Source: Eledone cirrhosa
Taxonomy: Eukaryota
Length of the DNA: 64,000 nt
Reading direction: 5' to 3'
Assembly (NCBI GenBank): GCA_964016885.1
Contig: OZ024742.1
Span: 23,188,001-23,252,000, forward strand
A program made the translations under genes and the position numbers. Under the pieces are notes generated by a model. It did no database searches. It saw only the letters and a program-made list of their open reading frames with translations, and had not been told where the DNA came from. This document shows positions 12,598-24,743 of this stretch, one piece after another. The number at the start of each line of letters is the position of its first letter. Positions within the stretch are counted from its first letter, which is position 1.

Positions 12598-13610
12598 AAG
12601 TTATCTTTGACGCTAAAGCCAATAATTACAATAATGCGCTTTTCAGAGCCGGTTATCCTGACAAAATTAAATACGGTAAAAAAACCAATCATCGAGGGAT
12701 ATATAGTAATAAAGAAAAGACCTAGATATAAAAATATGATTTAGTACAACGTTCCTTTTTCTCTATCTATTATTAGTAATATTCTTAAACTATTTTTAGG
12801 GCCTTAGATACATGCTTCCCTCCCTTGCATATTTATAGTAAGATCTTTAACAAACATACAATTAAATTGTCTTATTCCTCCACTTCCAACATCTCTAACA
12901 TTATCTCTAAACATAATAATAACATATTAAGTAATAAATTATAACCATCCATCACTGAGCGTCATGATAATAGCAATAGTAAACCCGATGTCAATGTTAA
13001 CTATAGGCTAGATTCCGTAAATTTAAATACGACGTCAAACTTAACTTTGTCGAATGTTCATAACACCAATCTAAATCAGGAAACTTTAGCACCTATCGTA
13101 AATAACTTCTCTAATCCAATTCCTTCTATAAATAATACTAGGTCACTTGTTAATAACTCTGGTAATTTCTCTAATCGTAATTGCAATTGCCCTGTTAGAA
13201 CTAAATGTCCTCTTAGTAATCAATGTCTTGATGACAATTTAGGTTATGAATGTAAGGTTATAACTGGTACTAATTCTTAAACCTATTTTGGTTCCATTTC
13301 CACTTCCTTTAAAGCAAGATTTTATAATCACAATTCTTCTTTTAAATACCAACTTGAAAGAACTAACACGCACTCTCAGAACTCATATGGTCCTTAAAGG
13401 ACAAAAATATTAACTACAACATTTTTTGGAGGAAGGTTTCCAACGCCTCTCCTTACTTGAATTCTTCCCTATCCAGAACATGTAATCTCTGCCTAGCGGA
13501 GAAATTTACCATTATCTCCAATTTTAATTCTATAATAAATAGACGTACGGATTTAATTTTGCTCTGCTTGCATAAATCCCATAGAATTTTCATAAAGTAT
13601 ACAGCTAATA
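12598..13610 (+). pseudogene. PLE ORF remnant: RT thumb/linker + GIY-YIG endonuclease
   Basis: Manual translation across stops and frameshifts gives VIFDAKANNYNNALFRAGYPDKIKY, CFPPLHIYSKIFNKHTIKLSYSSTSNISNIISKHN, CNCPVRTKCPLSNQCL..GYECKV..TYFGSISTSFKARFYNHNSSF and CNLCLAEKFTII. Confidence 0.82.
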
Positions 13611-14405
13611 TCTTACTACCTAATTAGTTTAAAATCTTCTTTTCTCAAACGCTTTTATATCTTTTACAAATATTCCCGTGTTTCTACCTTATTTCAGTAT
13701 ATTATACAATTTACTCATACTATGTCGTTAGCGGTCCCCTAATTTTTTTCTTTTTTATCCTCTTTTTCTTTTTTAATTTGTAATCTTTAATCTGCAACTT
13801 TTACTTCTCAATTATTTCTTAATTCATATTATAATTCACTATAGCATTTTCCTTATATTCTCAACCATACACATTTTTATTTTTAATATATACTAATATT
13901 ACCATTAGTAAATTTTGTAAACATATATTTTTTTTTACGTTATATATTTTTTCTTCATTGATTTTCTTCTTTCTTCTCTCCTTACATAGAAACAAACTTG
14001 GACCCTAACTAATTCCTCTAAGTTCATAATTCATTTAACCTTATCTTCATTCACCTTATCCCCTTAATTTATTTTATTTTAATAATACATTTTAATAAAT
14101 TCCTTTTCGCACATATTATTAAACCCTTCAATATATAAACCTTAAATAAATAGTATTCTTAATTCCTTTTTCTTTAATCATAAGCATCACCATTCATAAA
14201 CCTCATTAACATTTAATTTCTAAAATTTTTTTAAAATTATGTATTATCTTACAACGTTTTCTTTTTAAATTTCTCTCTGTGAGACAGTGTTTCTCAGTAT
14301 TAAATGTTATCTCTCTCTTTCTCTCACTCACTCTCTCCTCATCCCTCATCCTTCCTTCTTATACTCCTCCTCCCTCATCCTTTCCTTATTATTATATAAT
14401 TGTTT

Positions 14406-14589
14406 GGTGATGGCTGTATCGGTAGAGGGTCGGACGCCATGCTTTGACGCATAGAATTACGGCCCTTGCCATTCTGAGTTCAAATCCCGCCGAGGTTAAC
14501 TTTGCCTTTCATCCTTACGGGGTCGATAAAATAAAGTACCAGTAATGCACTGGTGAATTGCTGGCTTTGTGCCAAAAGTAGAAACAATC
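14406..14589 (+). mobile_element. SINE family 1 inserted in the right PLE pseudo-LTR
   Basis: Absent from the left arm. attatata occurs on both sides (possible target-site duplication). Confidence 0.85.
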
Positions 14590-14756
14590 ATTATATATTT
14601 TTTTCTTATTACATTCTTTCTTCCTCTCCCTTATCATTTCCTTCCCCCCTTCCTTTTCTTTTTTTTCCCAATCTCATATATCCATCTTATTTTTCATATG
14701 TTGATTTAACACTTCACTGCTCGCAAGTGTTTTTTAAGCTTCATATCATGTCTCCC

Positions 14757-14827
14757 TATTTTATCTGATGAGAACGCAAATATCATCCCATGATGAGATT
14801 TGTTTTTGAAATGCGCATAATAAAATA
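14757..14827 (+). ncRNA. Type I hammerhead ribozyme (family B)
   Basis: tattttat CTGATGA (14765) gaacgcaaatatcatcccatgatgagatttgttttt GAAA (14808) tgcgca TA ataaaata. Confidence 0.82.
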
Positions 14828-14879
14828 CATGAAACTCTTTTAACTATCTTTTGATTTCATATTATATATATATAACTCT

Positions 14880-15817
14880 CCAAACTTTGATAGGTTTCGG
14901 CCAGTATTGGCCCAGACCATGTCTAACTTAATAGCACCACCCGGCGAAGTCTTACAAATCAGTTTTTGGGCACCATGGCCCACTCGAGCAGAGAGTTATT
15001 TTTTACGGAGGCATATCCGGGTGTAGGAGGTTATCCGGGATTTTTTGAAGGAATTTATCCAAAGACTTCTTGAACTTGATGGGGTCTGTTTCTGCTTAGA
15101 TGCGTTTTTAGTGTAATGTTAAAGAGAGCAGGGCCAATGTTAAAGGGCACTGGGCACAACCCTTGGGTGTACATTAAAGGTGATGCCAACATCATTTAGG
15201 CAAAGCTGATGGAATATTTTCCATCATGCAGATAATGTAGCGTTCACGGCGACGTTGGAGAGAATAAAGGTTGAGCTTTCCTAATCGACTCCAATTGTCA
15301 AGGCTTGTCATGCCATCTATATTTTTTGTAATTGACCTTTGGGGTGCTTCAACTTTCATGATACTTTGTTTCGTGCGGGAACCACAGTGGACAACAGTAT
15401 TCAAGGTGGGTTGGGGCAAAAGTGGAGAAGAGAAGGATAACAGTGTGGATATCTCTCGACTGCGGGCCATGTCAACTTTGCTGTTTATATGAGTGGCCCA
15501 GCTTATGTTGTTGTCCACAATTACTCCCAGGTCTCTGATGCTATTAGATGCCACTAGAGTTTCACCCGGAGGAAGAGAGTATGGTAGTTTCACGCATTCT
15601 TTTTTACAAAGTGGATTAATTCAAACTTATCCTCATTCAACAGCATTTTATTATTTTTTGCCCATTGGATAACAGTCAGTAGGTCTGACTGAAGGCAAGT
15701 CCGGTCACCCACCTCAATGATGACCCTTTGGAGCTTGGAATCATCTGCGAAGATTCTTATGTTGCAGTGGCTGATGATGTCAGTAATGTCATTATTGTAG
15801 ATGATGAAAAGAAGTGG
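14880..15817 (-). mobile_element. CR1-group LINE 3' fragment (RT remnant)
   Basis: PLLFIIYNNDI...RIFADDSKL...LQSDL...WAKNNKMLLNEDK, IRDLGVIVDNNISWATHI and LYSLQRRRERY in ORFs 15590..15979 and 15192..15593. Confidence 0.88.
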
Positions 15818-15940
<123 letters not shown>

Positions 15941-16069
15941 TAGCGAGGATCGTATTGGGGAGTGAGGCAAGCGCTCCATAGAAGCTAGTGTTCTAGAGCA
16001 ACAACGTAAGTTAAGAGGCCGAACATACTGAGACGATGGTTAAAACATTATCCACACAGCCGTATATAT

Positions 16070-16190
16070 ATATATGTATGTATGTAAAAGGTAAACATAA
16101 ATAACAACACAATCGGTACTGTTTCAGTTATATAACCTCTATATATACAGTTATAACATTATTGTAAAATTCAGGTACTTAGGACACTTC
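16070..16190. repeat. (TA)n-flanked ~120 bp repeat family; inverted copy at 18943-19062, variants at 17305-17390 and 17476-17558
   Basis: ggtactgtttcagttat...aaattcaggtacttaggacacttcta is the reverse complement of tagaagtgtcctaagtacctgaa...ataactgaaacagtacc. Confidence 0.75.
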
Positions 16191-16255
16191 TATATATATA
16201 TATATATACATGTATATATATATATATATATAGATATATATATATATATATATAG

Positions 16256-16357
<102 letters not shown>

Positions 16358-16361
16358 TGTG

Positions 16362-16417
<56 letters not shown>

Positions 16418-16670
16418 AACTAGATATTGTTTGACATATATATATATAAAATAAACACATGAAACAATTACCGGGGATAATTTGTAAAGTGTGTAATCAC
16501 ACACAGCTAGGTAGGTAACTAATTAAAGTTTAACTAGAACTTCAAATATTACCTTTTAAAAAATGATTAATCTTCCTTGTATATATTTCATTAAAGAAAT
16601 ATATTTCACTCAAAATCCGTAAAGTCACAGTAGTTAAATCTTAGATCATCAGCAAGGAGGAAGAAATAAC

Positions 16671-16844
16671 TGTTTCTACTTTAGGCACAAGGCCTTCAAT
16701 TACCCAGTGCATTACTGGTACTTTATTTTATCGACCCCGTAAGGATGAAAGGCTAAGTCAACCTCGGCGGGATTTGAACTCAGATCGTAAAGGGACGTAA
16801 CTATGCTGGAAAGCATGGCGTCCGACCCTCTACCGATACTGCCA
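16671..16844 (-). mobile_element. SINE family 1
   Basis: Reverse complement of the 9871 consensus. Confidence 0.85.
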
Positions 16845-17049
16845 AATAACTCACGCCAAGGAGGAAGAATTAACTGTCTGTGTTTACGCATCAAATGCAA
16901 ACCTGCGAGTGATCCTTGGCACGTGCTGCAATTCTAAAACTACTAACAACATACTAGCGTCCGCCCATTGGCGTGAATAGGGTGGTCGACAGCTATAAAT
17001 AAAAGCCAAGTCCTTTCAACCGATTTAGCTCTACAGATAAGGAGCCGTT

Positions 17050-17287
17050 TATATATCCGAAATATATTTACTTAAATTAAATTAAAGGAGTCATGCCCGA
17101 GACATGCGCCATATCCACTGTAGAATAAGCTCAACGATTCCACTGAATAGATCCGAGCATTTTATAGTTGATATAAAATGCTCGGATCTATTTAGTGGAA
17201 TCGTTGAGCTTTATCTACAGTGGATATGGCGCATGTCTCGGATATGACTTCTTTGATTTAATTTAACTAAATATATTTCGGATATAT
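17050..17287. repeat. Near-perfect palindrome, ~115 bp arms, centre ~17169
   Basis: ...tagatccgagcattttata gttga tataaaatgctcggatcta... Pairing extends to atatatccgaaatatattta / taaatatatttcggatatat. Confidence 0.92.
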
Positions 17288-17409
17288 ATATATATATATA
17301 TATATCTGTGGTGTCTCGTTTATCCAACCTGTATATATATATACAGATATAACTTTATCGTAAAATTCAAGTACTTAGCACACTTCTATATATATATATA
17401 CATACATAT

Positions 17410-17454
<45 letters not shown>

Positions 17455-17558
17455 CCATACATATATATATATATATAGGAGTGTGGTAAGTACTTGAATT
17501 TTATTTTAAAGTTATATCTGTATATATATATTCAGGGTGGATAACCGAGACACCACCG

Positions 17559-17606
<48 letters not shown>

Positions 17607-17793
17607 AAAAAGATGAAATCGAAATGCAACTCGATTCTTATTTTTTGCGAAACCGGTAAAGGAACCAAATAAATATATATATATTTTTTTTAAAATAAGA
17701 CTCCAGTTCCATTTTCGATTTCGTCTTTTTTTCTTTATACTTTCACTCGTGTAGGACACCTCGTTATTTTGCATTTTGTAAAAAAACCTCACA

Positions 17794-17880
<87 letters not shown>

Positions 17881-17883
<3 letters not shown>

Positions 17884-18879
17884 AGTAAATATAAATTAAT
17901 ATATATGATGAAACACAAACACCAACATATCTGTGTTTATATTGTAAAAGAAATTAAGTTAGCTAGAATGAAATATACTAATTATAATATAAAAGTTTGC
18001 CTATCTCGATTTAAAATAATAAATCAATAAAAACAAACAGTATTTGCAAATGGCCATGGTGTTTAGACAAATTTAAATTTCAAAATCAAACCTGTTCCGT
18101 AGATAAGTTTAAACTTTAAAATCCAAATATGTTTCGAGATGAATAAGTGTAAGTATATCATGTCCAGCTCACATCAGTAAACACCCTGAACAAATTGATA
18201 TGCTTCACTTCTAAATATTTTAAAAGACTGTTTAACGCACATGGGTTTTCCAGTTTCTAGCCAGCCTCATACTCGTACTGCTAGAAATAACAGCCGTATA
18301 TATGGGGCTACTATCAGCTCAACGAGCAATTATATTAAGTGTATTGAGTTCAAAACTCAAGCATTCCTTTACAATGAAATAGCTCAAAGAAAAAAATATT
18401 TCTGAGCCGTGTAATACAAGTAAATATAAATTAATATATATGATGAAACACAAACACCAACATATCTGTGTTTATATTGTAAAATAAATTAAGTTAGCTA
18501 GAATGAAATATACTAATTATAATATAACATATCTATATAATATATATATATATATATACTAATTATAATATAAACTTATCTACGGAACAGGTTTGATTTT
18601 GAAATTTAAATTTGTCTAAACACCATGGCCATTTGCCAATACTGTTTGTTTTTATTGATTTATTATTTTAAATCGAGATAGGCAAACTGTTATATTATAA
18701 TTAGTATATTTCATTCTAGCTAACTTAATTTCTTTTACAATATAAACACAGATATATTGGTGTTTGTGTTTCATCATATATATTAATTTATATTTACTTG
18801 TATTACACGGCTCAGAAATATTTTTTTCTTGGAGCTATTTCATTGTAAAGGAATGCTTGAGTTTTGAACTCAATACACT

Positions 18880-18880
<1 letters not shown>
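17881..18880. mobile_element. ~535 bp tandem unit (1.2 copies) plus a permuted inverted copy, with a degenerate HHR on the minus strand
   Basis: acaagtaaatataaatt recurs at 17881 and 18416. 18572-18880 is the reverse complement of the unit end plus unit start. Minus strand 18177-18125 reads CTGATGT gagctgga..ttcatctc GAAA catat. Confidence 0.7.
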
Positions 18881-18947
<67 letters not shown>

Positions 18948-19747
18948 GTGTCCTAAGTACCTGAATGTTACGATAAAATTATATCTGTATATATACAGGT
19001 TAGATAACTGAAACAGTACCGATTGTTTTGTTATTTCTGTTAACCTTTCACATACATACACATATATATATATATATACTCGATAGAAATACGATTTTCC
19101 CTGTGAACTGAAAAAAATGATAAACACCTATTTAATCTATTTTTGTCTTTATATTGCTGGTTCAACTTAACTTCCTCAACAGCCCAGGGTCTGATGATGG
19201 TGCCAATTTTGTCGCTGACAATGAAGTGGGTTGTACTGGTTTACATGCTACCAGTAGGAGGCAGGAGAATGATCTGACCCGTTGTACCAAATGATACACA
19301 AAACAAGTTTAGTGAAATAGATTTGCCGTCGATGCTAAACAATGGAAATGAAACTAGGACCTCACGATTACAAACTAAATTCGTAATCATTAAAACAGAT
19401 ATGCCCCAGATATAGAGTATGTAGGAATACATTATCCTGTAGGTCATTCTTATGTCAGTTAGAATGTGTTGGGGAAAATAACTTTTGGCTTTTTCTCTCG
19501 GGTTATGTCTTCATATAGACACCCCATATTTTTTTTAGTTCGTTCACGACGCGATTATTTCAAATTCTTTCAGTTATCTTAGACCTGTAGAATATGAAAA
19601 CAATAGGCCGATAGGTGGCGTGGTCGGTTATTGTTTCTTTTTGTGCTGGGCCACACTATTACGATGATTTCCTTATCTTTTGTAAAATACACGTAGAAAG
19701 ACGGCCATTAAAATAACGATATGAAAACGAAGGGCGGATAACGTACG

Positions 19748-19852
<105 letters not shown>

Positions 19853-20753
19853 TGTGTGTGCGTGTGTGCGTGTGCGTGCGTGTACGCGTGTGTGTGCGTG
19901 TATGCGTGTATGTGTGTGTTCGTGTGTGTGTGTATGTATGTATGTACATATATATTTTAGTGAGAGAGGGAAAGACAAGAGAGAGATGTGTGTATGTGTG
20001 TGCATATATATATATATATATACATACATAAAGAGAGTGAGAGAGAGAGAGAGAGAGTGAGAAAGAAAAGCGAAATTAGACGTAAACTATTGTGAAATGA
20101 AAAGCTCTAGAATCCGCCTATCTCTTGGCTCATCGCTCTGTTTCCTGTTTTCAATTTTTCCTTTTCCTATTTTGTGACGTTATGATATCTTCAATATTTT
20201 CCCCGCTTCAGTAAACAGTCTTTACTGTTACTCTTGTCTAATAAATGACAATAACAACGATAACAAGAACAACAACACCATCAAGAGGTCTTTATGTTTT
20301 TTACAATACTAATATCGCTTCACCTTTCACTACGTAACATCAGTTTCTTGTAATAAAAGAGACAGCGTTCATCTTTTCTGTCCAGATGGTTTTATTCTGC
20401 ATACGTTTATCTCTGTCACCTCACTTCCTTCTATTGCTATTATAGTTGTTATTGTTGTTGTTGCTACTGCTGCTATTACGTATCGAGTTGTTGTTGTTGT
20501 TGTTGCTGCTGCTACTCATCTAGATATTGTTATTGTTGTTGTTGTTGTTATCGTTGTTTATTTTCCTTCTATCCTACTAGTAATCTTCCTTTTCTTTAAA
20601 AGCCAAACATCTCAATTGTAACAATGGACATTTTGGTAGAGGAGGAATTTTGTAAACGAAATCATTCAGCATATACTGCTCCAATACATTCACTACATTT
20701 ATATATATATATACATATAAATATATATATATACTTATATATATATGTATATT

Positions 20754-20863
<110 letters not shown>

Positions 20864-20868
20864 TATAT

Positions 20869-20922
<54 letters not shown>

Positions 20923-21741
20923 TTCTATGTGTGTCTGTGTGAGTGTGTAAGTACGTATATATATGTATATATATGTATGTGGATTATATATATATATACA
21001 TATACATGCATATATATGCAATCAATCGTAGACATCTTATCAATTAGATAATTGATAATTATTGAATATATCACATTAGAATGGACAAAAAGATAGCTTG
21101 ATTCTAAACTTAATATTGAAATACATTTTATTCTGTAATATATTTAATCTACCACATCTGTCTCCACCCGTCTCCAGCTCTATTTTCTGCCTTCTGCTAT
21201 TGTCTTTATTTCATATTTTAGTTGTCTTAATAGGTCGGCAAGGAGCCGCATTGGCAGAGTAGGTAGAATGTCTCGCGTTTTTCGTGTGGGCTGTGTGTGT
21301 ACAATCTGTTGAAATCCCATCGAAGACGTCTTGGCCTTTTATACTTTACGGTCGAAAAAACGTACCCGTATAGTAGTGAAGTGGACACTTCATCTATCTC
21401 TCTTTCTCACACCTTCTCTATCATTATATCATGCTGCATTCTAAAGTCTGTCTCGATCCCATGCTTATCCTAGTTTCTGTAGCATTAAGCGACTGACAGT
21501 ACGAAACTCCCTCCTGAACAGAGCGCCAGTGAATCGCAAGCGTAGATCTCCCTGCTATTGTTCCTTCTCATTCTCAACTCAGTATATGCAACATGAAATA
21601 AAGTGTCTTACACAAAAACACAACACACAACAGAGTCCATGAATCAAACCCACAGCATTAGGATCGTAAGTACAACTCCTTTACCACTAGGCAAGGCTGT
21701 GTTCTCGTGCTTTGATTATAACAAACCACAACTAAAATAAT

Positions 21742-21960
21742 GGTTTCTACTTTAGGTAGAAGGCCAGTAATTTGGAGTGGTGGAGGGAAAAGTTGATTAA
21801 ATAGACCCCAGTGCATTACTGGTGCTTTATTTTATCGAACCCGTGAGGAGGAAAAGCAAAGCTATCTTCGGCGGGATTTGAACTTAGTAGGTAAGAGGCT
21901 GAAACTATATGCCGCAAATTATGTTGTCCAGTACTCTACCGATACTGCCAATCCACCGCC
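21742..21960 (-). mobile_element. SINE family 1 (diverged), followed by a second 3' fragment to ~22005
   Basis: gtttctactttagg...ttcggcgggatttgaac...ctaccgatactgccaatccaccgcc. Confidence 0.75.
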
Positions 21961-22359
21961 ATAGTTTCTACATTTGGCACAAGGCCAGCAATTACCCAGT
22001 GCATTATTTAGTGCTTAATGTACTCTCACCACCTTTTCATCATCTTCCTTCTTATTCCTTTTATATTGGAAAACATTATCGATTTTCTTTCTTATTTCTT
22101 GGTTGGGGCGGTGATCGGTGGTGGGGATGATGGTTGGTATGTGGGGCCAAAGCTGCTTAGAAGAAACTAAGACATCTAGTATTTGATTACACATATTTAT
22201 GTTCAAGTGTAAATCCTGTTGGGGGGAAAATTCACAGTATATATTAACCCTGCTGAATGGAGACAATAACCTGTAATATATTGGGGTCCATTAAATTGAT
22301 TCTAGCAACCTGCTGTTATTTTCCTTGAATGATTGAATCATTGCATCGAACAAAACAAC

Positions 22360-22960
22360 CATCATCATCACCATCGTCACCCTCATCATTGTCATCATCA
22401 TCATCATCATCACCCTCATCAACATCATCAGTGTCATCATCAATATTGTCTTATCTTCATCGGGATCATCTTCATCTTTATCATTATCATCATTGTCATT
22501 ATCATCATCATTGTAAGCATCATCGTCATCAACATCAACATCAACATCATCACCATCACCATCATCATCCTCATCATCATCATCATCATTATTATCACTA
22601 TCATTATTATCATCATCATCACCATCATCACCATCATCATCATCATCATCATTATTATCACCATCATTATTATTATCATCATTTCATTATTATCACAGTC
22701 ATTATTATCATCATCATTACCATTATCATTATGACCATTATGATCATCATTGTCATCATCATCATTAGCATTATCATCATCATATTTATAATCACTATCC
22801 CCAACATCAGCATCAATAACAGTATCATGTATTTCACGCCTCCCCCAATGTTGTCCTTTTCTTCAACCTCCTTCTCAACTCACCTCGACCACTTTAGCCT
22901 CTTTCTTCTCAGCCTCCACTCCCTTCTCATCATCATCATCATCGTCATTATTCTCAACTT
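22360..22960. repeat. Degenerate (CAT)n trinucleotide repeat
   Basis: Directly visible. Confidence 0.9.
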
Positions 22961-23024
22961 CCTCATGAACACCGCTGTATTCATAATACTTATCGCATTC
23001 AATACATGCTGTTAAAAAACGAAA

Positions 23025-23065
23025 TCTATATATAAATTTCAGCGACTTCCGTCCGTCTGTCACAT

Positions 23066-23144
<79 letters not shown>

Positions 23145-23159
23145 ATGCGTGCGTGTATG

Positions 23160-23202
<43 letters not shown>

Positions 23203-23509
23203 ATGTGTGTGCGTGTGTGTGTGTGTGTGTGAATTTAAGTGCGTGTCAAACGACGGAATGGTTGATGAAAAAATTATAGCAAAACAACGACTGGCGTTCC
23301 AATAGTGAAACAGATGACGGCAATCCGTTTGCTACTCTGTGAGTGAGTGTATGTGTATGTTTGTATAAATGTATGTCTGTGAGTGTGAATTTATGTCTGT
23401 GAGTGTGTATTTTTGTAAGAAGTATGCCTCTGTTTGCGTGTTTATATTCATATACTCATACATATAAATGTATGCATATGCACAGACACACGCGGGCACA
23501 CAATCCTAG
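23025..23509 (+). mobile_element. Non-autonomous Helitron-like element
   Basis: A|TCTATATATAAA start, short ccgtccgtctgtc microsatellite, GC-rich subterminal stretch and CTAG|T end. The 3' hairpin is degenerate. Confidence 0.5.
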
Positions 23510-23723
23510 TTATTTTAAACGTCTAGCAAACAGCCATGTTTCATTTTCGTGATCGTTACTGCATTTTCTATCACGAAACCTTCATTTAGCTATCACTCTG
23601 CTCTACATTTCATGGTAACCTCTAGAAATTAGTAACTATGAGAGTCGGTGGAATGTACGCGATGGCATCACAGAAAATCTAACAAATAGTTTCTTATCTT
23701 TTCAAAGCCAATTAAATCGTTAG

Positions 23724-23815
23724 TTACTACTGTGTATTGTTGTGTAATTACTACTGTGTATGTTGTGTAATTACTACTGTGTATGTTGTGTAATTACTAC
23801 TGTGTATGTTGTGTG
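23724..23815. repeat. ~23 bp minisatellite x4 (ttactactgtgtatgttgtgtaa)
   Basis: Directly visible. Confidence 0.85.
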
Positions 23816-23935
23816 GGTAACAGCTTATTTCATGATAAAGTCATGAAGAACAGGTTTCTAAATCTAGGTGGAAAACTTCTATGGAAACTATTTACACACA
23901 CAGACCAACACACCGACACACAAACACACACATAT

Positions 23936-24059
<124 letters not shown>

Positions 24060-24113
24060 TGGTGTGTGCATGTGTGTCTGTGTGTGCATGTATATGAATT
24101 AACATTATTGTCT

Positions 24114-24225
24114 AAGTTCAAATCCCACCGAGGTTAACTTTGCCTTTCATCCTTACGAGGTCGATAAAATAAAGTACCAGTAATGCACTGTATAATTGCT
24201 GGCCTTGTGCCAAAAGTAGAAATAA
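24114..24225 (+). mobile_element. SINE family 1, 5'-truncated
   Basis: agttcaaatcccaccgaggttaactttgcctttcatcc...ggccttgtgccaaaagtagaaa. Confidence 0.8.
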
Positions 24226-24447
24226 TTATCTAAATCAATGGCATCATCAAGCACATCAAAGTAAATTGTTGTAAATTGTTGCAGATGATTCCTAGCTTCA
24301 GAAGGTCATCTATGGAATGCGAGAGTATATATATATATATATATATATATACTCTCGCATTCCATAGATGACCTTATATATATATGTATATAAATAGGTA
24401 GACACAAAGCAGGCTTTGTTTACAAACAGTTAGTGAATTTGAAAATT

Positions 24448-24735
24448 AGGTAGTAACATGTGCTTATGCCTTATTTGACTAAATAGAATTAGTCAGTTAG
24501 TTGGGATTAAAAAAGGACGTATTGACGTATATGGGAAACGAACCCACATCTTTGGTTTGCCGGACCAATGTGTACCATTACACATAGGTAACATATTGGT
24601 CGAGTAAACGAAAAATGTGGGTTCGTGTTCCATGTACATCAATACTCATCCTTTTTCCCATTCAGAGAGTATCTTAAATCCCAACTAACAGACTAAGTCT
24701 ATTTAGTCAAGTACGGCATAAGCACGCTAATACCT
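24448..24735. mobile_element. Imperfect palindrome made of two head-to-head copies of a tRNA-headed element
   Basis: Minus strand 24587-24531: D arm gtgt-aatggt-acac, anticodon arm ttggt-ccggcaa-accaa, T arm gtggg-ttcgttt-cccat. Mirror copy on the plus strand from ~24588. Confidence 0.62.
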
Positions 24736-24743
24736 GATATATA

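Larger units (their letters stand above)
11669..14865 (+). mobile_element. Penelope-like element (PLE), 5'-truncated, with inverted HHR-bearing pseudo-LTRs
   Basis: 11669-12586 is the reverse complement of 13889-14863, apart from a SINE in the right arm and ~90 bp extra at the left end. Each arm has an HHR. The interior encodes an RT C-terminus and GIY-YIG remnant. The left end lies in (TA)n. Confidence 0.88.

Noticed and set aside
19180-19235. CTGATGA with flanking agccca/tgggtt
   Set aside because: GAAA is missing and stem II is weak.
22329-23015. 228 aa Ser/His/Ile-rich ORF
   Set aside because: (CAT)n repeat open in several frames on both strands.
24531-24587. Functional tRNA gene
   Set aside because: Acceptor stem truncated and C at position 33; treated as a tRNA-derived element head.
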